A stretch of 32,000 nt of DNA from Candidatus Electrothrix yaqonensis (lineage in GTDB: Bacteria > Desulfobacterota > Desulfobulbia > Desulfobulbales > Desulfobulbaceae), in assembly GCA_047651235.1 (NCBI GenBank), contig CP178758.1:1260001-1292000 (forward strand). Reading direction: 5' to 3'. The position numbers were made by a program, and so were the translations under genes. The notes below the pieces were generated by a model. The model worked only from the letters and a program-made list of their open reading frames with translations. It was not told the DNA's origin and ran no database searches. The first letter of the stretch is position 1, and every line of letters starts with the position of its first letter. Below are positions 22,502 to 30,590 of this stretch, one piece after another.

Positions 22502-24976
22502 ATGAAGTTATCTCAGAAAAAAAGCAGCACCAAGTGGACCTTTCCGTTGTTCATCAGCATGATCCTGCTGTTGTCCGCCTCATTTTCTGCCGACGCACCT
22601 GCCGCCGCTGAATCCAAGGATGTTGTGGTGGAAAAAACTATGGCAAATTTTTCTCAGATTCCCGGCCTGACCCGTGAGGAACTGGACTACGGCAGGAAGG
22701 TAATTGAAAAACTGGACTACAATTCTCAGAGGATAACTCGGAAGATCAGTCTGCTGCCCGGAGTGAATTTTGACCTGTGCAGACAGGTCTGGGATGCTCT
22801 GGTCCAGGAAGGCACCTCATACGAGCAGATTCTCGCCTTTGAAGAATGGACCAAGCTGCAGGGCGCAACCATGCCGTTGGCTGTTCAGGTGCTTGCAGAA
22901 ATCAGGAACCTGCGGCGGGACGACGTGAAATCCCTGCGCGCCTTTCTCAAAATACGCAGGCAGAGCGCAGATACCGTCCTGTCCCTGTTTCCCCGACTCA
23001 AGGAGCTGGATTCCCCGAACAACATGGCAGCCCGAAAAATGTTTGCTGTCAGGGGAATGACCGTACAGCAGGCCCTGGACAATCTTGCCGTGCTGCCGAC
23101 CTATACGACAAAACAGGCATGGGCCTATGCCGCTTTTGCTGAAACACGCGGTATGCTCTCTGTCACTGTGGCCGACGCCCTGCCTCTTTTTCAGCAGCTG
23201 CGGGATGAGGACGCCTGGAACATGCGCACCCTGATCAAACAGAGAAAACTGAACCGGGACGGTGCCTGGAGATGGCTGATCAGCTATTTTGCTCACCCTG
23301 TCCTTGTTCAGGAAAAACAGTATTACCGGTTTAATACCGAGGAACGCACCCGGCTGCTTGACGCCTTTCATGGCGCAGGGGAAGAACTGATCTGGAGGAT
23401 CAACAGCCTGCACGCGATTACTGATGATTACGGCACGGAAATATCCAGTGCACAACTGCACAGCATGTCCGGTGCCCGATTGAAGGAACTCTTTGATGAG
23501 CTCTCCAGCAAAACCAGAGTGAACTACGGTGCCCATTTTGCCGCTGCCCATCGGGCGGGCAGAAAGAACAGGATGATCGGCATACTGCGCAAGGCCACAA
23601 GCGCCGACCGCGTCCAGGTGTCCGAGGATCTGACCTCGGCAAATATCTATGCCCTGCTGGCTCAGGGAAGTGAACTCTATGACTCTTCCTTCCGGGATAT
23701 TCTGGTCCCGATCCTGAAAAAACGGATCAAAAAATTCCACCGGAATAACCTGCTCATCTTTCTGCAGGCAACGGATCCGGATAACCTGCTGGTTTCCAGC
23801 TTCATTGTCAGCCTAGCCCAGAAAGGCAAACTGACCACCTTCTTCCCCGATGATGCCGGGGAGCAGAAAAAAATCCTCGAACTGGTGGCGGCATCCGCCT
23901 TCAAGGATGAAGATTCCATTCTGCTCTTTTCCGCCACCTTCCGGCATCTCCTGAAGGTACTGGAATCCGACGCCCGATTTTATCTGATCAAAAAAATGGT
24001 CCTGGCGGACAACGGCAGCAGCAGTTTCAGCAAGCTGCTCACCGTGATTCTGCAGTACTATCTGCAGGAATACCCGGAGCTGCTCGATGCCAAGTCGCAG
24101 GAACTTATCCGCCGCTTTGTCGCCCGCAACGGTGCTGTCAACCTGGATAAATATCTGCAGACGCCCTTTGCCGAATGGAAACAAGATAAGCAGTTAGGCT
24201 CCATATCTGTCTTTCATCCGGATGACGACGGACGCAAATCCTTTATCTCCAATGCCCGCAACCTGATCAGCCACGGGTATCGGATAGAGTTTTCTTCCGG
24301 CTATACCTCGGGCAGCGGTGGATATAAAAAGAGCAAACAGATAATCGCTGCCGCCCGCAAAGGATCGGCTGACAAACTGGCAGCCCTGTTCGCAGCCATG
24401 CGCCGGAATCCGTTTGCGGTTGCTTTTGTCAGAAAGGTCAACGACATAACTCTCCGGCACACCGTGTATGTCTATGCCAACGAAGAAAATCAGGAGCTAC
24501 TGATCAGACATTTTCTGGAGAGCGGAGATGAGATGCTGGCCCAGCGGGGGCATTCCTACTGGCGTTCGGAACAGATCACTGATCCTATGGAAAACCTGAA
24601 AGAAAGCGGCAAAATTACTGATCAGATTCTGACGGGAAAGCAGCGTTTTCTGAGCCTCGGATCCTGCGGTGGCGTCAAGGCATATACCCGGCTGACCAGA
24701 ATGTTTCTCGGTCATGTCGATATTCTCGCCACGATCGGGACCGGCATGGCGATCATCAATGATCCGTACAACCGGAATTTCTTTGAGATCATTGCCAATA
24801 ATCCCTCCTCCATGACCTGGGAGGATATGGCGGCTCAGTCTTCGTTTATCTTTGGTAACGGTCGGGGCCAGGACTATCTGCAGCCCGGCTGCCTGACCGC
24901 CATCCTCCATAAAATACTGGAGGAGGAACAGCCGTACAGGTCTGGCTTCTCAACATCACCTGCCATCGACGAATAG
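22502..24976 (+). CDS. Large exported protein of unknown function, 824 aa
   Basis: Signal peptide MKLSQKKSSTKWTFPLFISMILLLSASFSADAPAAA. The N-terminal two thirds look helical and the C-terminal 250 aa or so look alpha/beta. No family recognised and no obvious SD. The 3' end overlaps the convergent nagZ by 21 nt. Confidence 0.75.
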   Translation: MKLSQKKSSTKWTFPLFISMILLLSASFSADAPAAAESKDVVVEKTMANFSQIPGLTREELDYGRKVIEKLDYNSQRITRKISLLPGVNFDLCRQVWDALVQEGTSYEQILAFEEWTKLQGATMPLAVQVLAEIRNLRRDDVKSLRAFLKIRRQSADTVLSLFPRLKELDSPNNMAARKMFAVRGMTVQQALDNLAVLPTYTTKQAWAYAAFAETRGMLSVTVADALPLFQQLRDEDAWNMRTLIKQRKLNRDGAWRWLISYFAHPVLVQEKQYYRFNTEERTRLLDAFHGAGEELIWRINSLHAITDDYGTEISSAQLHSMSGARLKELFDELSSKTRVNYGAHFAAAHRAGRKNRMIGILRKATSADRVQVSEDLTSANIYALLAQGSELYDSSFRDILVPILKKRIKKFHRNNLLIFLQATDPDNLLVSSFIVSLAQKGKLTTFFPDDAGEQKKILELVAASAFKDEDSILLFSATFRHLLKVLESDARFYLIKKMVLADNGSSSFSKLLTVILQYYLQEYPELLDAKSQELIRRFVARNGAVNLDKYLQTPFAEWKQDKQLGSISVFHPDDDGRKSFISNARNLISHGYRIEFSSGYTSGSGGYKKSKQIIAAARKGSADKLAALFAAMRRNPFAVAFVRKVNDITLRHTVYVYANEENQELLIRHFLESGDEMLAQRGHSYWRSEQITDPMENLKESGKITDQILTGKQRFLSLGSCGGVKAYTRLTRMFLGHVDILATIGTGMAIINDPYNRNFFEIIANNPSSMTWEDMAAQSSFIFGNGRGQDYLQPGCLTAILHKILEEEQPYRSGFSTSPAIDE

Positions 24977-25999
24977 GCGATTGACCTGCAGTAACCGTTG
25001 GATTCTCTGTAACGACTGTTCAAGCCGTTCTTCGGAAACAAGGCCTTGGTCAAGGAGTTCCTGAATCGCAGCAACTCCCTGATCCAGGGCATCCGGGTTG
25101 CGCACCAGATTATTGCCCACGATCAGCAGATCCGCCCCGGCTGTTACGGCCAACTGAACGGCCTGCCAGAAACCGTATCTGTCGGATATTGCCTTCATCT
25201 GCAGATCATCCGTCATAATGACGCCGTCAAATCCCATCTTCCGGCGGAGCAGCGTGGTCAGCACCGCCGGTGACAGGGTGGCGGGTAGCCCGGCGGGATC
25301 AAGCCTGTTATGCACCACATGCGCCGTCATGACCGCATCCGCAAGGCCGTCCCGGATCAACCGGGTATACGGGGCAAGCTCCTCTTCCTGCCAGTCGTCA
25401 GTAATATCGACAAACCCGAGATGCGAATCCCCTGCAGCACTGCCGTGTCCCGGAAAATGCTTCAGGCAGCAGGCAATGCCCTGCTGATGATGGGCTTTGA
25501 TAAAGGCCCGGCAGTGGGCTGCAACCGCATCAGCTCTGCAGTCGAAGCTGCGACCGTACTGGGCAATAATCGGATTCGCCGGATTCAAGTTCAGATCCGC
25601 TACCGGGGCCAGATTCAAATTAATACCGTATTGCGCCAGTGCTGCCGCCATTGCAGCAGCAGGGCCTGTTGACAGCTCAGGTAGTTCCCGGCCGAGTTCC
25701 GCAGCAGAAACTGTGGCCGGAAATCCGTCCCGCTCCTTCAGCCTGCACACCCTGCCCCCTTCCTGATCCACGGCAATCAGGAGCGGTTCAGATGCTGCTT
25801 CCTGCAGTTGGCCGGTCAGTTCCTGCAGCTGCTGCGGAGAACTGAAATTCTGGATTGTCGTATCAACATTCCGGTCAAAGAGAATCACTCCTGCCGGAGA
25901 ATGACGGGCAAGCGCATCCGCCAGCCGCTCATTATGCTCAAGGGTGCAGCCGTCAAAACCGAGCAGAAACATCCGGCTCAACTTCACAGAACAACTCAT
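24956..25999 (-). CDS. nagZ: Beta-N-acetylhexosaminidase NagZ (glycoside hydrolase family 3), about 347 aa
   Basis: LIAVDQEGGRVCRLKERDGFP and CLKHFPGHGSAAGDSHLG are the GH3/NagZ signatures. The ORF track start at 26011 is TTG and the first ATG is at 25999. The exact start is uncertain; MFLLGFDG at 25972 is also possible. Confidence 0.9.
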   Translation of the reverse strand: MSCSVKLSRMFLLGFDGCTLEHNERLADALARHSPAGVILFDRNVDTTIQNFSSPQQLQELTGQLQEAASEPLLIAVDQEGGRVCRLKERDGFPATVSAAELGRELPELSTGPAAAMAAALAQYGINLNLAPVADLNLNPANPIIAQYGRSFDCRADAVAAHCRAFIKAHHQQGIACCLKHFPGHGSAAGDSHLGFVDITDDWQEEELAPYTRLIRDGLADAVMTAHVVHNRLDPAGLPATLSPAVLTTLLRRKMGFDGVIMTDDLQMKAISDRYGFWQAVQLAVTAGADLLIVGNNLVRNPDALDQGVAAIQELLDQGLVSEERLEQSLQRIQRLLQVNRLFVDGR

Positions 26000-26063
26000 G
26001 AAGACTCTCAACAGAGCTTACTGCCAATCGAACATGAAAAAATGGTACCAAGGGCCTTGTCCA

Positions 26064-27071
26064 TTATCCATAATACCCACGATACCACTCCACAAACTTG
26101 CCGATTCCCTCTTCAATGCTGGTCTGCGGCCTGAAGCCGATCTCCCGGACCAGATCATCAACATCGGCATAGGTTGCCGGGACATCACCGGGCTGCATGG
26201 GCAGGAAATTTTTCCTAGCTTTTTTGCCCAGACAGTCCTCCAGCACCTCGATGTAGCGCATCAGTTTTTCTTTGGCGTTATTGCCGATATTGTACAGCCG
26301 CCAAGGACAGTAGCTGGTGGCTGAATCCGGCCTGTCGCCGCTCCAGTCCGGATTGGGAACAGGCAAGTGATCAACCAGCCGGAACACCCCTTCAACGATA
26401 TCGTCAATATAGGTGAAATCCCGTTCCATCTTGCCGTTGTTAAAGATATCAATGGGCCGGTCTTCCAGGATGGCCTTGGTGAAAAGGAACAGGGCCATGT
26501 CCGGCCTGCCCCAGGGGCCGTAGACCGTAAAAAAACGTAGGCCGGTGCAGGGCAACCCATAAAGATGGCTGTAGCTGTGGGCCATCAGCTCATTGGCCTT
26601 TTTGGAAGCTGCGTACAGCGAAACCGGATGATCCACATTATCATGCACGGAAAAGGGCATGGAGGTGTTGGCGCCGTACACCGAGCTGGACGAGGCATAG
26701 AGCAGGTGCTTGACCTGATTATGACGACATCCTTCCAGGATATTGAGAAAGCCGATCAGGTTGGCCTCTGCGTAGGAATGTGGGTTGATCAGGGAATAAC
26801 GCACTCCGGCCTGCGCAGCCATATTCACCACAGCATCAAACTGTTCGTCAGCAAAGAGCTTCTCCATCTGTTCCCGGTCGGCCATATCAAAATACGCATG
26901 ACTGAACCGGTCAAATTCGAGCAGCTGGGCCAAGCGGGCCTTTTTCAGCTCAGGATCATAATAATCATTGAGATTATCCAGCCCGACCACGGTGCGGCCG
27001 TCTTCAAGCAGGCGTTTGGACAGGTTGTGCCCGATAAAACCGGCAGCGCCGGTAACCAGTATTTTCCGCAT
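26064..27071 (-). CDS. NAD-dependent nucleotide-sugar epimerase (UDP-glucuronate 4-epimerase-like, extended SDR), 335 aa
   Basis: [14 protein letters not shown] (Rossmann GxxGxxG), YASSSSVYG, and [15 protein letters not shown] (the YxxxK catalytic motif). Overall similar to the Cap1J/LpsL/WbnF type. Confidence 0.9.
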   Translation of the reverse strand: MRKILVTGAAGFIGHNLSKRLLEDGRTVVGLDNLNDYYDPELKKARLAQLLEFDRFSHAYFDMADREQMEKLFADEQFDAVVNMAAQAGVRYSLINPHSYAEANLIGFLNILEGCRHNQVKHLLYASSSSVYGANTSMPFSVHDNVDHPVSLYAASKKANELMAHSYSHLYGLPCTGLRFFTVYGPWGRPDMALFLFTKAILEDRPIDIFNNGKMERDFTYIDDIVEGVFRLVDHLPVPNPDWSGDRPDSATSYCPWRLYNIGNNAKEKLMRYIEVLEDCLGKKARKNFLPMQPGDVPATYADVDDLVREIGFRPQTSIEEGIGKFVEWYRGYYG

Positions 27072-27108
27072 AATTTTATCAAGAAAATATTTTATTTCCG
27101 CACATTTT

Positions 27109-27136
27109 GTAGGGGCAGTTCGCGAACTGTCCCTAC
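27109..27136. repeat. 28-nt near-perfect palindrome (GTAGGGGC-type, REP-like) between the aldolase and epimerase genes
   Basis: GTAGGGGCAGTTCG|CGAACTGTCCCTAC has 14-nt arms with one G/T mismatch (a G-U wobble in RNA). It sits in the 72-nt gap between co-directional genes. TTTT precedes it on the plus strand and AAAA follows it on the minus strand, so it is not a canonical terminator for the minus-strand transcript. Confidence 0.6.
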
Positions 27137-27143
27137 ATGTCGG

Positions 27144-28424
27144 TTAATCATCAAAATCGCCTTCCGGCCCTTTGTCCGTGTCCAGCTCGGCAGCACGGCT
27201 GTGGATTTTTTCCTCAGTCCATTCTTCCGGCGATTCAATCCGCCCGACCTTGGGGCCGAGGTCATAGGAACCGGCCTCCAGAATGGCTTCCACTGCGTAG
27301 CGGGCTGTGCCTTGGGCATTGAAGACCTCGGTCAGCATGGTGTAGACAAAATCGCTGACCCGGCGGGCCATGCGCTCACGGATTTCTCTGGGCTGGCCCA
27401 TGATTCTATTTTCAAAAACCGCATTGAGCTTTTTATAATTGCCCTTGGACCAACCCTGCGCCTTGGCATACGCCTTCATTTCCTCCCACAGCTCTTCGCT
27501 GACGCCCTGACCGGGCACCTTGACAAACTCGCCGTCCGCATCCAGAATGGCATTGCCGTAATCGTTCACCTCAACGCCCCAAGAAATCATCTGCAGGGCC
27601 GTGGCCACGTTGGCCTTGGTGGTTCTGGTCTGTGCAGCAATGGACCGCAGCCGGTCCGAGCTGTTGCCGGAGGTGCCGTGCTGGGCACCGGAAACGCCGT
27701 AATCTTTCAGGGCTTCGTGAATATCTGCAGTCAGCTCGGTCTGAATCCCCTGACCGGAAGCTTCGAGACCGTGACAGGTTCCGTTATTCAAAGCAATCCA
27801 GTCTGGAAAAATATCGTGAGCATTCAATCCCCTGACCAGAAACAGGGCCTCCTCTGCGGAAGACAGCCCTTGGGTGCCTTTGATTTCCCCGACCTCGGTT
27901 TCGTAGCCTGCCCAGGACGGGATAAAACGGTTCAGGTCGATGCTCGCCAGCAGATTATCGTCGTCCTGCATGTGCGAGGCATCAATGGCAATCGAGGTGA
28001 TCCCGGCATCAAAGAGCGAGGGAATTTCGGTGCGGGCAAAGGGCAGGTCATCGGCGGATTTAATCCCGTAATGATCTGCATGAATAGCCACCGGCACGGT
28101 GATAGCCAACTCGTTGCACAGGGCGTCTACCTGCCGGGCCATATTCCAGTAGTTGGTCGGGCAGTAGGATGAAGCCCCGCCCTCGGAACGAGCTATCTCG
28201 ATGATCAGGGCGGCCTGGGCACGCTGGGCTGCCAGCAGCGCTCCACGCATCACCAGATGGTTGCGGCCGTTGGCAGCCATTGTCATGGCTCTGCCTTTGG
28301 CCAACATGGCCCGGTCAATCACCTTACCGCTAACCAGCAGGGCTCCAGAATTGGGGAACAGGGTTCTGATATTCGGCGGACGACCTATTTCAAGGGCTTT
28401 TTCAAAATCTGCTATGTAGGACAT
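27144..28424 (-). CDS. fba: Class II fructose-1,6-bisphosphate (ketose-bisphosphate) aldolase, long form, 426 aa
   Basis: VAIHADHYG and NNGTCHG are the Zn-ligand His motifs of class II aldolases. TIM-barrel-like sequence throughout. GGAGG SD (ctaaaGGAGGaacccATG). Confidence 0.9.
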   Translation of the reverse strand: MSYIADFEKALEIGRPPNIRTLFPNSGALLVSGKVIDRAMLAKGRAMTMAANGRNHLVMRGALLAAQRAQAALIIEIARSEGGASSYCPTNYWNMARQVDALCNELAITVPVAIHADHYGIKSADDLPFARTEIPSLFDAGITSIAIDASHMQDDDNLLASIDLNRFIPSWAGYETEVGEIKGTQGLSSAEEALFLVRGLNAHDIFPDWIALNNGTCHGLEASGQGIQTELTADIHEALKDYGVSGAQHGTSGNSSDRLRSIAAQTRTTKANVATALQMISWGVEVNDYGNAILDADGEFVKVPGQGVSEELWEEMKAYAKAQGWSKGNYKKLNAVFENRIMGQPREIRERMARRVSDFVYTMLTEVFNAQGTARYAVEAILEAGSYDLGPKVGRIESPEEWTEEKIHSRAAELDTDKGPEGDFDD

Positions 28425-28463
28425 GGGTTCCTCCTTTAGTATCTAACTTGATAAATTATTGCC

Positions 28464-28859
28464 TTATTTTTCACTGTGCAGAGAAGTGTGGCACTCTTTA
28501 TGAAGAGGTATCGGTTTTCTTCCATCCCGTAACGTATGATGGAATTCAATTTCATCATTCTCTCTAAATTCTCTATCGCAAACTTGACAGTTACCTGTCG
28601 GTTTTACTTTGAACTGTTTTTTCCAATACGATCCTCCATCTTTTTTCCCCTGCTCTTTTGCTACCCAATTTTTCAGTCTGTTCAGGAGGAGGTAATATGT
28701 TCTCTCAACATTCGACAATTCCGGGAAAGGATCGTTATCCAAGTACTGCTCCAACTCACTGTCATTTTGTAGAGTCTTTGCGTAGTCAACAAGCAACTCT
28801 TTTATCTTGCTGCCTAAATTGTCATATTGTTTTTGAGAAATTCCGTCTGAAGTTTTCAT
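28464..28859 (-). CDS. Small HNH-endonuclease-domain protein, 131 aa, in a low-GC islet
   Basis: The C-terminus CQVCDREFRENDEIEFHHTLRDGRKPIPLHKECHTSLH has the layout CxxC...HH...H...CHxxLH, a Zn-finger HNH. The N-terminal 85 aa are unknown. By eye the gene is clearly more AT-rich than its flanks. Confidence 0.65.
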   Translation of the reverse strand: MKTSDGISQKQYDNLGSKIKELLVDYAKTLQNDSELEQYLDNDPFPELSNVERTYYLLLNRLKNWVAKEQGKKDGGSYWKKQFKVKPTGNCQVCDREFRENDEIEFHHTLRDGRKPIPLHKECHTSLHSEK

Positions 28860-28971
28860 AGAGCAATTTCATAGGGCATTTTGATGATCTGGTAAAAAGT
28901 CGAAAAACAGCAAATCGCTAACGGCAACTCAATGAGTTGCGATGCAAAAGGAACATGGTTCTCAGCGGAGT

Positions 28972-29592
28972 TCACTTGTCCGCCGCAGGCTGAAGTATTC
29001 CCAGCAGCACCTGAAACAGTTCATCCAGATCCAACGGCACACGGAAAGAGTCAATATCTTTGATAATCATTTTTCGGTCCTGGTCAAGCATCCCGAACCG
29101 CCAGAGATCGCCGACCGTCACGGCACCGTAGATGCGTTCCGGAACATCCTCCTGATACTGTTCCATAGCGATCAGCTCAACTGCCAGCTGACTGAAGCCG
29201 CGTTCCAGATCAGATTTCTTTGCTTCCGCAACAATAAAACTTTCTGCAGAATGCATGAAATAATCAAGATTCCCCTTCAGCCGCTCATTGACATACACAG
29301 GATACTCAATGTCAACATCCAGTTCCACATAATCAAGCAGCTCCAGGATAATCGGGGCGATCAGCATTTCCCGCTTGGCAGCCTCGGAGGTCAGGGAAAT
29401 GCGCGGCAGCTTTCTGTAGAAGGTTTCGCGGAGCCGATCCAAGTTACCGCTGAACGTGCCTCGCGGAAGGGGAAGTTTGGTCAGCTCATAGCTGTAGCCG
29501 AATTCAGCCACAATGTCTTTGGTGGGATGGCTGAGTTCAAAATAATCGGAAAAGCTGTAGCTTCTGTCTTGCTGTAAGATTGATCTGCTCAT
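28972..29592 (-). CDS. PD-(D/E)xK nuclease-fold protein (type I restriction HsdR N-terminal-domain-like), 206 aa
   Basis: EAAKREMLIAPIILELLDY...GNLDYFMHSAESFIVAEAKKSDLERGFSQLAVELIAM contains the D...(E)AK core followed by a conserved Q, as in HsdR_N-type stand-alone proteins. Confidence 0.6.
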   Translation of the reverse strand: MSRSILQQDRSYSFSDYFELSHPTKDIVAEFGYSYELTKLPLPRGTFSGNLDRLRETFYRKLPRISLTSEAAKREMLIAPIILELLDYVELDVDIEYPVYVNERLKGNLDYFMHSAESFIVAEAKKSDLERGFSQLAVELIAMEQYQEDVPERIYGAVTVGDLWRFGMLDQDRKMIIKDIDSFRVPLDLDELFQVLLGILQPAADK

Positions 29593-29856
29593 GCGGCATC
29601 ATCCCGGTCCGCTCCAAAGCTGCCCGCCCGAAGCTCTCTGATTATCCACGGATAGTTCCGCCCCAGCATACCCTATTCACAGAATACTGTAAACATATGC
29701 CGTGCGGATTACAGGCTGATTTTTTTCCGCTGTTCTGCCGGGTCGCGCCGGAGCGGCAGGCCCGAAATGTAACGAAATACATTTCATATCCGGAAATATC
29801 TGATTTGCACTTGACAAACAGACAGCACCGCAATACACAGAGGCTGCCGAGTCGAA

Positions 29857-30339
29857 ATGCAGTATTTTGTACTCTTCAGGAGACCGTATGTGCCGTCAGG
29901 TGAGCTGAGAAAAAAAAATATCTTCAAACCGGGCGTGAGCAGATCTATGCATCTGTTTATCGCTCCGTTTATGTGGACTGCTGTGGGCATCATGCTCATG
30001 GAGCGCGGGCTGGGCTGGATAGGCGTGGGCATGACCTGCCGCCTGCTGCTGATTGCTCTGCTTGTCGGCACAACGAAATCTCTGACTGTCCTGGACCGCT
30101 CAGCAAAAAAGGCGATTCAGCGGATCATGGGACTCCGGGACAACACCTGTATCGGAGCTGTCTACCCGTGGAAGACGTGGCTTTTTGTTATTCTGATGAT
30201 GTCTTCCGGCATTGCCCTGCGCAGCCTGACCGAACCCGGCCTGTTTATCGGCAGTGTGTATTTTGCCGTGGGCTGGGGGCTCCTGCTGTCCAGCCGTCAC
30301 GGCTGGCTCCAGTGGCTGCGGCAGATGCGTCATGGTTGA
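29857..30339 (+). CDS. Small integral membrane protein of unknown function (160 aa; more likely 130 aa from ATG 29947)
   Basis: About four hydrophobic helices (LFIAPFMWTAVGIMLM, LLLIALLVG, WLFVILMMSSGIAL, FIGSVYFAVGWGLLL). A terminator follows. The start is ambiguous. Confidence 0.55.
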   Translation: MQYFVLFRRPYVPSGELRKKNIFKPGVSRSMHLFIAPFMWTAVGIMLMERGLGWIGVGMTCRLLLIALLVGTTKSLTVLDRSAKKAIQRIMGLRDNTCIGAVYPWKTWLFVILMMSSGIALRSLTEPGLFIGSVYFAVGWGLLLSSRHGWLQWLRQMRHG

Positions 30340-30342
30340 CTC

Positions 30343-30368
30343 TCCTGAGCCGGATCAGGATATTTTTC
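30343..30368 (+). terminator. Rho-independent terminator after the small membrane protein gene
   Basis: TCCTGA (30343-30348), loop gccgga, TCAGGA (30355-30360), then TATTTTTC. Confidence 0.65.
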
Positions 30369-30590
30369 AATAATCCGAAGATCCAACGATCCACGCACAC
30401 CATTCTCTTCTGCAGAAAACGTCGGCTGAGCTTTTCCACCGGAGAATGAACAGGGTGAACGGGAAGAATCCGCAGACCGGAAATCGGTGATCCGGAGTTC
30501 ACTTCCGAACTAAAGTGCCATTAGTACATCAAAAATATATATCATATTAACGGTATCGAAGATATTTAATTCAACAGAGGGAGTGTTCCA

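Noticed and set aside
24956-24976. 21-nt overlap of the convergent 3' ends of the 824-aa gene and nagZ
   Set aside because: Both stops verified (TAG at 24974-24976 on the plus strand; TGA as the complement of 24956-24958). Short convergent overlaps are common and need no special explanation.
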